A program made the translations under genes and the position numbers. From an uncultured Desulfobacterales bacterium (GTDB lineage: Bacteria; Desulfobacterota; Dissulfuribacteria; Dissulfuribacterales; QOAL01): 64,000 nucleotides of DNA. This document shows positions 63,030-64,000 of the stretch, in pieces. Numbering within the stretch: position 1 is the first letter of the stretch; the number at the start of each line of letters is the position of its first letter. The notes beneath the pieces were generated by a model. It was not told the DNA's origin, did no database searches, and saw only the letters and a program-made list of their open reading frames with translations. The DNA lies in assembly GCA_964638145.1 (NCBI GenBank), contig CAZXAK010000041.1, positions 6,886 through 70,885 on the forward strand, in the 5' to 3' direction.

Positions 63030-64000
63030 ATGAAGGAAGTTGCTTTCATGATAATGCGTCTCTGCCTGATCATCGCAGTCCCTGTTGTAGCCAATGCGGC
63101 AGATGAGTCCTGCTACACTTTTTTGAAAGGTATAACACACAAGGCATATCCACATGCCCATGCCGTGCTGGCAAGGGAAAGGGAGACAGTGGAATTCCAT
63201 GAAGACGGGACTTCCATGGATACAGATGAGGTATTTTTGACTGTGCTTGACCAGGACGGGGTGCGCCGGAACAGTGTTACAACATTCTATATAAACAGGC
63301 ATTATGCCAGGCTAAAGATCGAGCTTTTCGAGGTGATAGGTCCCAAGGGGCATATTAGTCCGGTGAACCTCGGTCAATATGCGCGGGAGGAGAGTTCAGC
63401 AGAAAACAGCAGGATGAATATATATGACCCGGCATTGAGGGATTTGAAGGTGTTTGTCCCGGAGCTTCATATAGGAGACACGATTCATTACCGTATTGTG
63501 CAGAATAACTTCAAGGCCATGATACCTGGCGAGTTTTTTGGTAGAAAACGGGCCGAGTATACCTTTCCTGTCAAGGATTATTCTGTCACTATCAAAGGGC
63601 CGGAGTCAATGCATCTAAACAAACTGATAAAATATATGAGGCCTGGCACGTGTGTGTCCCGGATCACGAGATCTGGGGGCAAAACAGTCTACAGGTTTAT
63701 GTTTAAAGATGTCCCTGCCCTTGTTCCGGAGCCAGCCATGCCTCCACTTTCAGAGGTCAGTATGCGTCTGCTGTACTCCACCATTGATTCATGGAAGCGT
63801 GTATCAAGGTGGTATAGCAGGCTTGTGGAGCCTCATCTTGCGCCCTCTCCGGCAATTACAGAAAAGGTACAGGAGTTGACCCGAGGCAGGGACAGGGCAG
63901 GAAAGATTGCTGCACTTTTCTATTTTGTGGCCCAAAAGATCCGTTATCTTGGAATAACAGCAGAACGGGACAGGCCTGGCTATGAACCACACGATGTATC
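63030..64000 (+). CDS. DUF3857/transglutaminase-like domain protein, 3'-truncated; absent from the ORF track because it has no stop in the window
   Basis: Manual translation from ATG 63030 (GAGGAG SD): signal-like MKEVAFMIMRLCLIIAVPVVANAA, VFVPELHIGDTIHY, ends FYFVAQKIRYLGITAERDRPGYEPHDV. Confidence 0.85.
   Translation, partial: MKEVAFMIMRLCLIIAVPVVANAADESCYTFLKGITHKAYPHAHAVLARERETVEFHEDGTSMDTDEVFLTVLDQDGVRRNSVTTFYINRHYARLKIELFEVIGPKGHISPVNLGQYAREESSAENSRMNIYDPALRDLKVFVPELHIGDTIHYRIVQNNFKAMIPGEFFGRKRAEYTFPVKDYSVTIKGPESMHLNKLIKYMRPGTCVSRITRSGGKTVYRFMFKDVPALVPEPAMPPLSEVSMRLLYSTIDSWKRVSRWYSRLVEPHLAPSPAITEKVQELTRGRDRAGKIAALFYFVAQKIRYLGITAERDRPGYEPHDV

Overview
64 kb of bacterial chromosome dominated by housekeeping genes: ssb, kdsD, purF, carAB, miaA, mutL, uvrC, tsaC, a purD-purE fusion, manC, rsmE, prmA, rpe, rsmB, fmt, def, hom, serS, comM, groES/EL with a CIRCE operator, acpS, ppsA, lspA and one tRNA-Pro(CGG). 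The gene mix (purD-purE fusion, hom plus archaeal-type iPGM, CheX, stand-alone HDOD proteins, CIRCE) suggests Desulfobacterota; this is inference. I saw no CRISPR array, prophage, integrase or transposase. The most original signal is non-coding: a family of short interspersed elements with shared terminal inverted repeats (CCTGAATTGAGCG...CGCTCAATTCAGG) and two different internal modules. It occurs at six intergenic sites (about 3968, 10560, 22786, 34125, 39780, 46923). One module shows compensatory changes in a hairpin, and every copy that retains an end lies just upstream of a start codon. Other candidates: a KptA/Tpt1-like protein lacking catalytic motifs, a C25 peptidase/beta-propeller protein with a 14-Cys insert, a hom-linked candidate homoserine kinase, a PilJ/NarX+CZB chemoreceptor and a hairpin-rich leader before a signal-peptide-bearing beta-carbonic anhydrase. 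All alignments and counts were done by hand; no database searches were run.
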